Part shown: piece after piece, positions 34,048-44,252 of the stretch
Position numbering within the stretch: position 1 is the first letter of the stretch
Layout of the letters: every line of letters begins with the position of its first letter
Assembly (NCBI GenBank): GCA_031362565.1
Contig: JANLSU010000080.1
Coordinates: 1-56,093, forward strand
Direction: 5' to 3'
From: a bacterium
Lineage (GTDB): Bacteria > Krumholzibacteriota > Krumholzibacteriia > G020349025
DNA length: 56,093 bases
Made by a program: the position numbers and the translations under genes
Notes under the pieces: generated by a model
Seen by the model: the letters and a program-made list of their open reading frames with translations, nothing else
What the model was told of the DNA's origin: nothing
Databases searched by the model: none

Positions 34048-35550
34048 CTAGCTCCTCCTGGCGTCGACCGCATGTTGGTCAGGCAAGTCCACGCCTTCGG
34101 CCCGCCCGTCCAGCGAAACCCGGCGCAGCGCGTCCTGTTCACCCGACCCGAAAGGGTCGATCGGGTAACGGCCATCGAAGCAGGCCGTGCAGTAGTTCTC
34201 CGGGTCTTCCACACAGGCTCGCAGCCCCTCCAAGGACAGGTATCCCAGCGACTCGACATCCAGGGTCTGGCGCATCTCCTCGACGCTTTGGCGAGCCGCC
34301 AGGAGTTCGGATCGCGACGGGGTGTCGATCCCGTAGAAGCAGGGCCAGCTGACCGGCGGCGACGCGATCCGCAGGTGCACGGCAACGGCGCCCGCCGCCC
34401 GTACCATCTTGACGAGTTTGGTCATCGTCGTGCCGCGCACGATCGAATCATCGACCAACACGACGCGCCGGCCGCGCAGGACACCGGCCACCGGGTTGAA
34501 CTTGACCCGCACGCCGAAGCTGCGCATTCCCTGTTCGGGATTGATGAAGGTCCGGCCGACGTAGTGGTTGCGGATGAGACCAATCTCATACCGCAGGCCC
34601 GAAACCTGGGCAAATCCCATCGCGGCGGTATTGCTGGAGTCGGGCACCGAGATAACGATATCCGCCTCCGCCGGATGCTCGCGCGCCAACTGCTTGCCGC
34701 AACGGCGCCGGGCCCGGTCGACGTTTTCGCCGAACACCTTACTGTCGGGGCGTGCGAAGTAGACGTGCTCGAAGATGCACTGATAGCGCGCCGCGGGCGC
34801 CGCGGCACGCACGCTGCGCGTGCCGGCCGCATCGACGATTACCATTTCGCCCGGCTCGACGTCACGGACGTACTCGGCGTCGATCAAGTCGAAAGCACAG
34901 GTTTCCGAAGCGAAGACCGTCGCCTCCCCCAAGCGCCCGATGGCGAGCGGCCGGAAACCGTGCGGATCACGATACGCCACGAGCGCGTCGCGGGTCGCAA
35001 ACAGGAAAGATCCGGCGCCTTGCACGTGCTGCACCGCTTCCTGAAGCATTTCGACGACATCCCGGCCACGGCTGCGCGCCGCCAAGTGCAGCACGACTTC
35101 GGTGTCGCTGGTGGATTGGAAGATCGAGCCCTCCGCTTCCATCGAACGGCGCAACGCCCCGGCGTTCGTCAGGTTGCCGTTGTGCGCCACCGCCAGCGTG
35201 CCGATCCGGCAGTTGACGACGAGCGGCTGGGCATTGCCAAGATTGACGTGGCCGTACGTCGAGTAGCGATTGTGCCCGATCGCCAGGTGGCCGCTGAGCT
35301 CCGCCAATTGCTGCGGCGCGAAGACTTCGCCGACGAGGCCCATGCCACGGTGGGCGCGCAACATCTCGCCGTCGCCGGAAGCGATTCCAGCGCTCTCCTG
35401 GCCGCGGTGCTGCAGTGCATACAAACCATAGAACGCGAGCTTTGCCGCGTCGGAGTGACCGTAGACGCCGAACACCCCGCACTCTTCGTGGAAGTGGTCG
35501 TCGACTTCGGCGCGGCTGTTCTGCCGCGGTTCAGGGTCCAGGGAATTCAC
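34048..35550 (-). CDS. purF: Amidophosphoribosyltransferase (propeptide, Fe-S type)
   Basis: EE/CGVFG, LQHRGQESAG, GHNRYST, AHNGNL, CIFEHVYFARPDS, VDDSIVRGTT, PCFYGID, CTACF. Confidence 0.97.
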   Translation of the reverse strand: MNSLDPEPRQNSRAEVDDHFHEECGVFGVYGHSDAAKLAFYGLYALQHRGQESAGIASGDGEMLRAHRGMGLVGEVFAPQQLAELSGHLAIGHNRYSTYGHVNLGNAQPLVVNCRIGTLAVAHNGNLTNAGALRRSMEAEGSIFQSTSDTEVVLHLAARSRGRDVVEMLQEAVQHVQGAGSFLFATRDALVAYRDPHGFRPLAIGRLGEATVFASETCAFDLIDAEYVRDVEPGEMVIVDAAGTRSVRAAAPAARYQCIFEHVYFARPDSKVFGENVDRARRRCGKQLAREHPAEADIVISVPDSSNTAAMGFAQVSGLRYEIGLIRNHYVGRTFINPEQGMRSFGVRVKFNPVAGVLRGRRVVLVDDSIVRGTTMTKLVKMVRAAGAVAVHLRIASPPVSWPCFYGIDTPSRSELLAARQSVEEMRQTLDVESLGYLSLEGLRACVEDPENYCTACFDGRYPIDPFGSGEQDALRRVSLDGRAEGVDLPDQHAVDARRS

Positions 35551-36107
35551 CGTGTCTCCTTTGCATGCCGGTCGCAGACGGCGCCCAAGATCTCGGCGCG
35601 CTCGGCGTGCGGGTTCGAGAGTAGCCCGTGGCGCCGCCCGCGCGTCACTGCCGTGTCGGCGGCGCGTTCGCGCGCCGCATCAAGATCGCGCCCTGGAAAG
35701 CACAGGCGCCATAGAATACCGCGGCGGACGCGCTCGAGAGGCGCCGCGGTTTGGCGGCGAAAATACCTCGCCGCAACCCGGTCCTCGCCGTCGCCCTCGC
35801 ACACCCAGATGTCGACCGCCGAACCACCGGGCGGAGCGCGGTCCGGATACGGACGCGGACCCGTCCACCAAGCGCAAGCGTCACGGTTGGCGTTGACGTA
35901 CCGGCCGACGCGGCACGCGGCCCGCTCGAGCGGCGCACGCCATGCGGCGAACTCCTCCGGATCCGGCGCCACGAACGTGAATCGCCACAGCACGCCGCGC
36001 TCGACGTGGGTGACATCCAAACCCAACAGATCGCGGAGTGCGCCGGCCGTTGTCTCGGCAGCGGGATCGAAGCCGCGCCGCTCGACGAGCAAGTCGAGTT
36101 CGTTCAT
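35547..36107 (-). CDS. purS: Double-length PurS-like FGAM synthase subunit
   Basis: Between purQ and purF with coupled overlaps; PurS-like DP..ET...AL motif, two V(E/R)RGxLWR repeats, and YVNAN / LLSNP motifs; 186 aa. Confidence 0.65.
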   Translation of the reverse strand: MNELDLLVERRGFDPAAETTAGALRDLLGLDVTHVERGVLWRFTFVAPDPEEFAAWRAPLERAACRVGRYVNANRDACAWWTGPRPYPDRAPPGGSAVDIWVCEGDGEDRVAARYFRRQTAAPLERVRRGILWRLCFPGRDLDAARERAADTAVTRGRRHGLLSNPHAERAEILGAVCDRHAKETR

Positions 36108-36925
36108 CGCGCGCCTCCGGTCGCGGCGAGCGCGACGAATGCCGCGTACAGCGCGCGTCCGGGCCCGGGCCCCGCGAGCGCCGCGACATCGCCGGCCGCG
36201 GCGCGGCGCCTGCGTCCCCACTCGCCAGGCAATTCTTCGGGCACCTGATACAGCCACGCCGAACGTTCGGGGTGCGGCATGAGTGCGAGGACCCGGCCGC
36301 CGGCGTCACAAAGACCGGCGGTATCGCGGCACGAACCGTTCGGATTGTCCGGGAACCCCTGTGCCGCGCCACCGTCGGGCGCGACGTAGCGAAACGCGAT
36401 CTGACCGCGGCGCGCCAAGTCCTCGAACACCTCGGGGCGAGCGGTGAAGCGCCCTTGGCCATGCGCCGTCGGCATTGGGATGAGTGCGCCCGCGGGCCCG
36501 AGATGGGCGCGCAGGCCCGGACCCGGGTTGGCAGCCAAATGCACCCAGTCGCAGTAGTATCCCGACCACTCCGGCGTCGAATTGGCGGCCAACGCCACCT
36601 CGACATGCCCGGGCTCGATGCCGGGCACGAGACCCGCTTCGACCAGGATCTGCGCGCCGTTGCACAATCCGAGGACCGGCTTGCCGGCATCGGCGCCGGC
36701 TGCGATCGCGTCGAGCACCCGATGCTGCGCCGCAATGGCACCGGCACGCACCCGGTCCTCGTACGAAAATCCGCCCGGCAACACATAGGCATCGAATTCG
36801 TCCCACCGCGCGGCCGGCGCATTCCAGCGCACGACGGTCGCAACCGCGCCGGCGGCCACGAGCGCCGCCACCGTTTCGCGCTCGCAGTTCGAACCCGGGA
36901 ACTGCACGACCGCAACGCGGATCAT
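36104..36925 (-). CDS. purQ: FGAM synthase glutaminase subunit
   Basis: FPGSNCE, LPGGFSYED, GLCNG, AHGQG, NPNGS, MPHPER. Confidence 0.96.
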   Translation of the reverse strand: MIRVAVVQFPGSNCERETVAALVAAGAVATVVRWNAPAARWDEFDAYVLPGGFSYEDRVRAGAIAAQHRVLDAIAAGADAGKPVLGLCNGAQILVEAGLVPGIEPGHVEVALAANSTPEWSGYYCDWVHLAANPGPGLRAHLGPAGALIPMPTAHGQGRFTARPEVFEDLARRGQIAFRYVAPDGGAAQGFPDNPNGSCRDTAGLCDAGGRVLALMPHPERSAWLYQVPEELPGEWGRRRRAAAGDVAALAGPGPGRALYAAFVALAATGGAR

Positions 36926-39345
36926 GCGTCGCTCCCCGCGTCGAAGATGTGTTGGAGACCGGTGCGCCAGACGGCGGCGAGATCGGCGCACGCGGCGCGT
37001 TCGCGCTCGACGCCGGCGGCAGCGCGTTCCAGCACCGGTTCCGCGAGCACCACGCCAACCGCGTGCACGGCCACGCCGTGGGGCGCGCAGGCGGCCTCGA
37101 ACGCGGCTCGATCCGCGGCCCGCACTTCGCACAGGTAGCCGGGCGATTCCGCGAAGGCGCGCTCGACGACGGCGGTTTCGTCGGCACCGAAGTCGAATCG
37201 CACGCCGAGCGTTGCCGCCCCGCGGCGCGCGAAAGTCATTTCGGCAAGTGCCATGACGATGCCACCGTCACCGACGTCATGGCACGATTGCACGAGCCCG
37301 GCGTCCGATGCGTCGAGCACGGCGTGCATACGAGCGCATTCGCGCTCGAGATCGAGACGCGGCAACGGGCCGGCGTCGAACCACGCGGTGTGGGCGGTGA
37401 CCCGGGCCCACAAACTGCCGCCCAGGGCGCGATCTTCCTCCCCCACCCACAAGACGAGATTGCCGGCGGCCTGCAGGCGCACCCCGTGCGCCCGGCCGAA
37501 GTCGCACCAAACGCCGAGGCACGCGACCAACGGCGACGGTGGAATGGCGCGTCCCGCCAGACTCGCGTTGTAAAGACTGACGTTGCCCGAGACGAAGGCC
37601 AGCGGCGCGCCGGGAAAACCGCGCAAACCGAGGGCGCGTGCAGCGGCTGCCAAGCCATCGACACCATCGCTGAGATCCTGCATGCCGTGCGGTGTCTCGG
37701 GACTGCCGTAGTTCAGACAATCGGTGAGCGCCCAGGGTGTCGCGCCGACGGCGACGACATTGCGAACCGCTTCGCAGACCGCCCCGGCCGCGGCGCGCCA
37801 CGCATCACGCCGCGCCGTACGCGCCAGCCCGCCGAGCCCCATCGCGATGCCGAGCGGTTCGCCGGGGTGCGGCACAATCGCGCCCGCGTCGGCGTCACCC
37901 GGCCGCAAGAGCGTGCGCCCCTGCACTTCGCAGTCATAACGCTGGAAGAGCCAGTGCCGAGATGCGCCGCCGGTAGAACCCAACAGCGCCCGCAGATCGC
38001 CGAGCACGTTCCCGGAGACGGGCCGCGGCAGAGCGGCCGCGGCGGCCGGAGCCGGACGTGCCGCCCGCGGCCAATCGATGCGTGGTGCTTCGGTGATGAG
38101 CACGCTCGGCAAATCGACGTGGCACACACCGTTCTGAAAGACCCGAAAACGCGGCGTGGCAACGAAGCGCCCGATGGCGCGGGCTCCGGCGCCGCGTACC
38201 ATGGCGCCCAGTTCGAACTCTTTTTCATAGAGCGCGACGAGCGGTTCGACGGCCGCTTGCGGCACCGCCAACGCGTAGCGCTCCTGAGTTTCCGAAACGA
38301 TCAACACCTGCGCCGCTTCGTCGGCCCGAACGCGATGCAAGAGATCCAGATCGAGATCGAGTCCGAGTCCGGCGCCGGCGGCAATCTCCGATGCGGCACC
38401 GCCCAGTCCGGCAGCTCCCAGGTCTTTGACCGCGAACGGCGCGCCGCTCTGCCGCAAGAACGCGAAGGCTTTCTTGTTGGCTTCGGTCAAGACGCGTTTG
38501 AAAAAGGGATCCGGCAATTGCACGGCGCCACGCTGCTGCGTATCTTCACCGGTATCGAGCAGGCCGGAGGCGAACGCCGCACCGCCCAGGCCGCTGTCGT
38601 CGGTCGGCTTGCCCACCAGCAACAATGCATAGGACTCGGCCGCCGCCACCGCCGGCGCGACGCTTGGAATCAGTTCGTCTTCGTCCATCAGGCCGAGGGC
38701 CACGACGTTCACCAGGCAGTTGTCGTCGAAATCCGCTTCGAATTCGACATCGCCGCCGAGGTTCGGAACCCCGAGCGCATTGCCGTACGCCGCGACGCCG
38801 CCGACGACACCGCGGGCGATCTGGCGGACGGCATCCGCCTGCGGTCCTTGGGGATCGCCGAAGCGCAACACGTCGAGAACCCCGACGACATCGGCGCCCA
38901 TGCAATACACGTCGCGGACGATGCCGCCGATGCCGGTCGCCGCCCCCTCCACCGGCAACAACTGGCTCGGATGATTGTGGCTCTCGTGTCCCAGTACGAC
39001 GCAACGGCCCGGAGCGCCGGGCCCCGAGTCCTCGAGCCGCGCCCGCCCATCCGGTCCGCGGCGCGGCAGACGGACCACTCCGGCATCGGCGCCCGGTCCA
39101 AGGACCACATTCGGCGCCGCCGTCGGCAGGCGTTTGAGCAGCGCCCGCGTGCTCTTGTACGAACAGTGTTCGCTCCACATGCTGTTCAGCAGGAAAAGTT
39201 CGGCGCGCGTCGGATCGCGTCCGAGCGTGTCGCAAAGCCGGCGCACTTCTTCGAGCCGCAACTGCACGCCCGCGTCCCGCAGCCCGAGCGCGAGCGCCGC
39301 ATCGTCGAGGTCACGCAGCGCGACGCCAGGTGCGAGCGGCATCAT
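36922..39345 (-). CDS. purL: FGAM synthase synthetase subunit (small PurL)
   Basis: WSEHCSYK, ESHNHPS, GAATGIGGIVRD, DLGAAGL, SETQER, DCLNYGSP, SGNVSLYN, HDVGDGG. Confidence 0.96.
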   Translation of the reverse strand: MMPLAPGVALRDLDDAALALGLRDAGVQLRLEEVRRLCDTLGRDPTRAELFLLNSMWSEHCSYKSTRALLKRLPTAAPNVVLGPGADAGVVRLPRRGPDGRARLEDSGPGAPGRCVVLGHESHNHPSQLLPVEGAATGIGGIVRDVYCMGADVVGVLDVLRFGDPQGPQADAVRQIARGVVGGVAAYGNALGVPNLGGDVEFEADFDDNCLVNVVALGLMDEDELIPSVAPAVAAAESYALLLVGKPTDDSGLGGAAFASGLLDTGEDTQQRGAVQLPDPFFKRVLTEANKKAFAFLRQSGAPFAVKDLGAAGLGGAASEIAAGAGLGLDLDLDLLHRVRADEAAQVLIVSETQERYALAVPQAAVEPLVALYEKEFELGAMVRGAGARAIGRFVATPRFRVFQNGVCHVDLPSVLITEAPRIDWPRAARPAPAAAAALPRPVSGNVLGDLRALLGSTGGASRHWLFQRYDCEVQGRTLLRPGDADAGAIVPHPGEPLGIAMGLGGLARTARRDAWRAAAGAVCEAVRNVVAVGATPWALTDCLNYGSPETPHGMQDLSDGVDGLAAAARALGLRGFPGAPLAFVSGNVSLYNASLAGRAIPPSPLVACLGVWCDFGRAHGVRLQAAGNLVLWVGEEDRALGGSLWARVTAHTAWFDAGPLPRLDLERECARMHAVLDASDAGLVQSCHDVGDGGIVMALAEMTFARRGAATLGVRFDFGADETAVVERAFAESPGYLCEVRAADRAAFEAACAPHGVAVHAVGVVLAEPVLERAAAGVERERAACADLAAVWRTGLQHIFDAGSDA

Positions 39346-40646
39346 GCCGTCTCCGTTTCGAGGCCGCGCGCGAACAACACGTCGACGTGCCGCAAGTGAT
39401 GCTCCAAGTCGAAGACCCGTTCGAGACGCTCGCGCCCGAGCCGTGCCGCGATGACCGGCGTTTCGAGCGCCACGCTGCGCAGATCCCGGCCGCCTTCGAA
39501 GACGACCCGGCTCGCGGTCTGCACGAGCCGGTACGCTTCGTCACGCAAGAGCCCGGCCGCCACGAGTTCGAGGAGCAACGTGCCGGAAAAGACCAGGCCG
39601 CGCGTCGAGTCGAGATTGGCGCGCATGCGCTCGGGGTACACGACCAGCCCCTCCACGGTGCGGGTCGCGAGATCGAGCCCGTAGTCGGCCACGAGACACG
39701 CATCCGGCAGGATCACCCGCTCCACCGAACTATGCGAGATGTCACGTTCGTGCCACAGCGCCACGTCCTCGAGGCCGGCAGCGGCGTACGCACGCAGCAG
39801 CCGGGCGATGCCGACGATGCGTTCGGAGCGAATCGGGTTGCGCTTGTGCGGCATCGCCGAGGAACCTTTTTGGCCGCGCGCAAACGGCTCTTCGGCCTCT
39901 GCCACTTCGGTGCGCTGCAGATGGCGAATTTCGACCGCCAGCCGCTCCAGGCTGGCGCCGAGGAGCGCCAAACTCGACAAGAAAGCCGCATGCCGGTCAC
40001 GGCCGATGACCTGGGTTGCGACGGGTTCAGGCCGGAGACCCAGGGCGGCGCAAACGTGCGCTTCGATTTCCGGTCCAAGGTGCGCGAATGTGCCCACCGC
40101 TCCCGAGAGCTTGCCCACCGAAACCTCGCGGACCGCGTCCGCCAGGCGGCGTTCGGCGCGTTGCATCTCGGCGCCGGCGAAGAGCAGTTTGAGCCCGAAG
40201 GTGATCGGTTCGGCGTGAATGCCGTGCGTGCGTCCGACCATGGGCGTGTGCCGGAACTCGAGTGCCCGGCGCTGCAACACGGCGCGGAGCGCCGCGACCC
40301 CATCGAGGAGCAGGCGCCCCGCATCGCGCAACTGCACCCCCAGCGCCGTGTCCAAGACATCCGAACTGGTGAGCCCCCAGTGGACGTGTCGCGACGCCGG
40401 TCCGATGGATTCCGAGACCACATCCACGAACGCCGCGACGTCGTGCTGGGTGATTTCCTCGCGCGCCTGCACCGCCGCGGCATCGACGCGCGCCCGGCTG
40501 CGGATCTCGCGCACTTCGTCGGCGGGAATCGCGCCTTGGAGGGCGCGCGCCTCGCAGGTCAGGATTTCGATCTCGAGCCAGGTGGCGAGGCGCGCGTCCT
40601 CGCTCCAGATCTTCGCCATCGCCGGCCGGCTGTAACGGGGAATCAA
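39342..40646 (-). CDS. purB: Adenylosuccinate lyase
   Basis: IPRY, HDVAAF, GLTSSD, GRTHGIHAEP, KGSSAMPHKRNP, ERDISHSSVER; TTG start. Confidence 0.97.
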   Translation of the reverse strand: MIPRYSRPAMAKIWSEDARLATWLEIEILTCEARALQGAIPADEVREIRSRARVDAAAVQAREEITQHDVAAFVDVVSESIGPASRHVHWGLTSSDVLDTALGVQLRDAGRLLLDGVAALRAVLQRRALEFRHTPMVGRTHGIHAEPITFGLKLLFAGAEMQRAERRLADAVREVSVGKLSGAVGTFAHLGPEIEAHVCAALGLRPEPVATQVIGRDRHAAFLSSLALLGASLERLAVEIRHLQRTEVAEAEEPFARGQKGSSAMPHKRNPIRSERIVGIARLLRAYAAAGLEDVALWHERDISHSSVERVILPDACLVADYGLDLATRTVEGLVVYPERMRANLDSTRGLVFSGTLLLELVAAGLLRDEAYRLVQTASRVVFEGGRDLRSVALETPVIAARLGRERLERVFDLEHHLRHVDVLFARGLETETA

Positions 40647-40735
40647 ATGCCCTCACCTCGCGCCGGGCACTACTTCGAGTGCTTCGGCAGGCTGACGGTG
40701 GAAGTGTCTATCGGAATTCGGGTTCAAGTCGTGGA

Positions 40736-41998
40736 TCACCGCGTGCGCGGGGCACCTCGCGCCTCCCGGTCGGCGCGCGACTGCGGGTCCTCGATGACGT
40801 GTATCACCGCGCGCCTCAGGTGTCCATCCCGTAGCACCTCGACGGGTACGTCGGAGTCGGCCGAGGTGCCGAACAGAATGCGCTCGGCGCGCGCCTTGGA
40901 ATAGGGATCGAGGCCGCGAATCGACGTCAGCCAGTCATCGACTCGAATGCCGGCCTGGTCGGCCGGGCTTCCCGGCACGATTTGAGTCACCCGGAGCGTG
41001 CCTTGATCCTCCGGCACCTGCAAGCGCGCCTGCACTTCCGGGTCGATCTCGCTCACCGACCAGCCGATCCAGGGCTTGCGCACGGCGCCGTATTGGCGCA
41101 ATTCCGCCGCCACCCACTTCGCGGTGTTGATCGGAATCGCGAAGTGGATGCCGGTACTCCCCTGCCGCACCGTCGAAAAATTGACCGCGTTGACGCCGAC
41201 CACTTCGCCGTTGGCGTTGACCAGCGGACCGCCGCTGTTGCCTTCGTTGATTGCGGCATCGGTCTGGATCATCTCGAGGTACGGTCCGAGGGTTTGGACC
41301 GGATCGGTCGGCGGTAAATCGCGCCGCACGGCGCTGATCACCCCAACGCTCACCGACGGATCCAAGCTGCCGAGTTCGGCGCCGAACGGGCTGCCGATCG
41401 CGATCGCCCATTCGCCTACCATCAAGTCATCGCTATCGCCGAGCCGGGCCGGCACGAACTGCGATTGCGGCGCCCCGAGCGCCCCGCTCGCGTCGGCTGC
41501 CAGCGGATCGACTTGCAAGAGCGCCAAATCGAATTGCGGCGCCGATCCAACCCGCTCGGCGGTCAAGCTCATCCCCTGGCTCGCGTCCCCGACGCTGACG
41601 ACGAGATGTTCGGCGCCCTCCACGACATGGTCGTTGGTCAAGATGAAGCCGCCGGTGCCGATGAAAAATCCGCTTCCGACCCAGTGATAGTCGCCGTCGC
41701 GGCCGACGTTGAACGGCAGCCACAGGAGATCGTCCACCGGACTCGATTCGCGCCGGCCGCCCTCGGCGCGGATCGTCACCACGGAACGGTGTGCACTTTC
41801 GACGGCCCGCACGATAGCGCTCTTGCGTGACTGCCGCAGTTCGAATACCGCGTCACGCCCCGGCAGCACGAGCCGCCCGGTCGCGAGCGCCACCGCCAGC
41901 ATCGCGCACCCGAGCCCGATCCCCGCCAGCAAACCACCACCGGCCGGATGCTGCCAGAATCGTCGCGTCACGCTGCCATCCACCGCCCGAGGGATCAC
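40736..41998 (-). CDS. HtrA/DegP-family serine protease with one PDZ domain
   Basis: N-terminal TM; GSGF, TNDHV, DLALL, IQTDAAINEGNSGGPL, FAIP; PDZ GSPADQAG. Start uncertain (GTG at 41998 is coupled to tal). Confidence 0.92.
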   Translation of the reverse strand: MIPRAVDGSVTRRFWQHPAGGGLLAGIGLGCAMLAVALATGRLVLPGRDAVFELRQSRKSAIVRAVESAHRSVVTIRAEGGRRESSPVDDLLWLPFNVGRDGDYHWVGSGFFIGTGGFILTNDHVVEGAEHLVVSVGDASQGMSLTAERVGSAPQFDLALLQVDPLAADASGALGAPQSQFVPARLGDSDDLMVGEWAIAIGSPFGAELGSLDPSVSVGVISAVRRDLPPTDPVQTLGPYLEMIQTDAAINEGNSGGPLVNANGEVVGVNAVNFSTVRQGSTGIHFAIPINTAKWVAAELRQYGAVRKPWIGWSVSEIDPEVQARLQVPEDQGTLRVTQIVPGSPADQAGIRVDDWLTSIRGLDPYSKARAERILFGTSADSDVPVEVLRDGHLRRAVIHVIEDPQSRADREARGAPRTR

Positions 41999-42633
41999 AG
42001 GCGCTTCCACGCCGCGAGAAACTCCGACTGGACACGTTCGGCGAGCGGATGATGGGCGATCGCCTCGAACAACCGCCGTGGCATGGTCACCGCGTCGGCG
42101 CCGAGGAGCGCCGCTTCCTGCACGTGGGTCGGCGTCCGCACACTCGCCACCATGATCTGGGTATCGAACTCGTAGTTGTCGTAGATCTCGATCATCTGCG
42201 CCACGACTTCCAGCCCCGAAACCCCGGTTTCCTCCAACCGCCCGACGATCGGACTGACGAAATCGGCGCCGGCGCGCGCCGCCAGCAACCCGTGGTTGGC
42301 GCTGCAGCACAGAGTGGCATGAGTGCGAATGCCTTCGGCGTGCAACTTGGCAATGGCGCGCAGGCCGTCGGCATGAATCGGAATCTTGACGACGACTCGC
42401 TCGTGCACCTTGGCAAGTGCGCGTCCCTCGCGGACGATCGCCTCCCACTCATTGGCGCGCACCGGGGCGCTCACGGGTCCGCCCGCCAGTTCACAAATCA
42501 TCGCCAGGACGTCTTCCAGAATCACCTTGTCGCGGGCGAGCAGCGCCGGATTCATCGTCACACCATCGATGGCGCCGGCGGCAGCGAGGGCGCGCACGTC
42601 ATCGACGTTCGCACTGTCGAGGAACATCTTCAT
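41995..42633 (-). CDS. Transaldolase / fructose-6-phosphate aldolase family protein (short type), atypical active site
   Basis: FLDSAN, GVTMNP, Schiff-base VVKIP, SPIVGRL, ASVR. Confidence 0.85.
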   Translation of the reverse strand: MKMFLDSANVDDVRALAAAGAIDGVTMNPALLARDKVILEDVLAMICELAGGPVSAPVRANEWEAIVREGRALAKVHERVVVKIPIHADGLRAIAKLHAEGIRTHATLCCSANHGLLAARAGADFVSPIVGRLEETGVSGLEVVAQMIEIYDNYEFDTQIMVASVRTPTHVQEAALLGADAVTMPRRLFEAIAHHPLAERVQSEFLAAWKRL

Positions 42634-43445
42634 CGCGTTCTCCCCAAGGACGGCAACCCGGCGATCGATCCCGGCGGCCCGTCTTCGACGGCGCTCGTCT
42701 CGAACGTGGGATCCGCAGGATAGCGCACTTCGACCAAGAAGAGGCCGCAGGCGGGCAAACACGGCCCGCCGCGGCTGCGGTCGCCGTTGGCGAGCGTCTG
42801 CGCAAGAATCGCCGGGGTCGATCGCCCGCGGCCGACTTCCAAGATTGCGCCGCTCAACCGCCGCACCATGTTGTGCACGAAACGGTTGGCGCCGATCTCG
42901 AACGCAATGCAGGCGCCGGTATCGAGCAGGCGGGTCTCGATGACGTTGCAACGCAGGTCCTCGGGCGCGTTGCGGGCCCGCGCGAAGGCGGTGAAATCGT
43001 GCCGGCCCACGACAAGCTCCGCCGCTTGGCGCATCGCCTGGGTATCCACCGGCACGTTCAGCACCTGATGCCAAGCGCGTCCGAAAGCACTCGGGTGCCG
43101 GACCCACTGATACCGGTAGTGGCGCGACAGCGCCGAATTGCGCGCCGAAAACCCGGCGGTCGCAAAACCCGCCCGCCACACCCGCGCGTCATGCGGCAGG
43201 AGGCCGGCGAACGCGCGCACGAGTTTGCGCGGCTCGATCTCGGCCTGGCACTCGAAGCTCGCGACTTGTCCGAGCGCGTGAACGCCGCTGTCGGTGCGTC
43301 CGGCACCGGTGACCTGCACCGGTTCGCGGCACAGGCGCGTCAGCGCCTCCGTCAGCGCCGCTTGTACGGTGCGCTGGCCCGGCTGCACCTGCCAGCCGTG
43401 GAAGGCACCGCCGTCATATTCGAGATCGAGACGATACGTCGGCAT
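42630..43445 (-). CDS. truA: tRNA pseudouridine(38-40) synthase
   Basis: EYDG..FHGWQVQP, AGRTDSGVHALGQ, GRHDFTAF, F.HNMVR, GLFL..V.Y. Confidence 0.95.
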   Translation of the reverse strand: MPTYRLDLEYDGGAFHGWQVQPGQRTVQAALTEALTRLCREPVQVTGAGRTDSGVHALGQVASFECQAEIEPRKLVRAFAGLLPHDARVWRAGFATAGFSARNSALSRHYRYQWVRHPSAFGRAWHQVLNVPVDTQAMRQAAELVVGRHDFTAFARARNAPEDLRCNVIETRLLDTGACIAFEIGANRFVHNMVRRLSGAILEVGRGRSTPAILAQTLANGDRSRGGPCLPACGLFLVEVRYPADPTFETSAVEDGPPGSIAGLPSLGRTR

Positions 43446-43460
43446 GGCGTTCGACCGCGC

Positions 43461-44252
43461 TCAGCGGCGCACGCAGAAGACGAAAACGCCGCCGGCGAGG
43501 CCCAGCGCAATCGCTTCGCGGCGCCCGAACTGTGACGCCACGTAGGTGCTGCGGCGCACGCCCGGTACGAAGCACCGCGCGTCGAGCGCGATCGCCAATT
43601 CATCGGCGCGGCGCACGACGGCCAGAAAGAGCGGCACGGTCAGTGGCACGACCGACCGCGCGCGGTCGAAGAGGCTCCAGCGCGCGCGCCCCATCTTGAC
43701 GCGATGTGCGTCACCGAGGGCGCGGGCCTCACGCAGGAAAAGCGGCACGAAGCTGAGGGTCAAAACGAGCAACGTGCCGAGTTCGTGAATCGGCACGCGG
43801 ACCCGGGCGAGCGGGCGCAAGAGACGCTCCAATCCCTCGGCCGCATCGACCGGCACGGTCGTCGCCGTCACGACGACCGCCAGCACGATCAAATTGAACA
43901 GGCGGCCGATGAGTGCCGCGAACTCGAGCGGGGTTCGGAGCGCGGATTCACCAGCGCCCCAGGCGGCGTGATGCGCCACAACCCATCCCCAGCCGAGATT
44001 CGCCGCCACCACGAAGAGCAGGATCCAGGCGGCGCCACGCAGTGCCGAGAGGATGAGCCGCACCGGCAACCGCGCCGCCACAAAAGCCGCCACGAGCAAG
44101 GCGCCGACCACGCCTTGCGGCATCGCTCCCGGCGCTGCCACTGCCGCGGTGGCGACCAAGAGTGCAGCGACGAGCTTGACGCGCGCGTCGAGCCGGTGCA
44201 GCGGCGAATCTCCCGGCACGTAGCGCGCCAGAGTCAGGGCCGTGCCTGCCAA
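43461..44252 (-). CDS. ecfT: Energy-coupling factor transporter transmembrane component T
   Basis: YVPGDSPLHRLDARVKL, several TM helices, SFVPLF..E, RRADELAIALDARCF; TTG start after AAGGAGG. Confidence 0.88.
   Translation of the reverse strand: MAGTALTLARYVPGDSPLHRLDARVKLVAALLVATAAVAAPGAMPQGVVGALLVAAFVAARLPVRLILSALRGAAWILLFVVAANLGWGWVVAHHAAWGAGESALRTPLEFAALIGRLFNLIVLAVVVTATTVPVDAAEGLERLLRPLARVRVPIHELGTLLVLTLSFVPLFLREARALGDAHRVKMGRARWSLFDRARSVVPLTVPLFLAVVRRADELAIALDARCFVPGVRRSTYVASQFGRREAIALGLAGGVFVFCVRR

Noticed and set aside
33233..34051. ORFs of 110-233 aa in the purF-rne gap
   Set aside because: They overlap each other on both strands, have low-complexity Arg/Pro/Ala composition and no motifs; RNA structure explains the region better.
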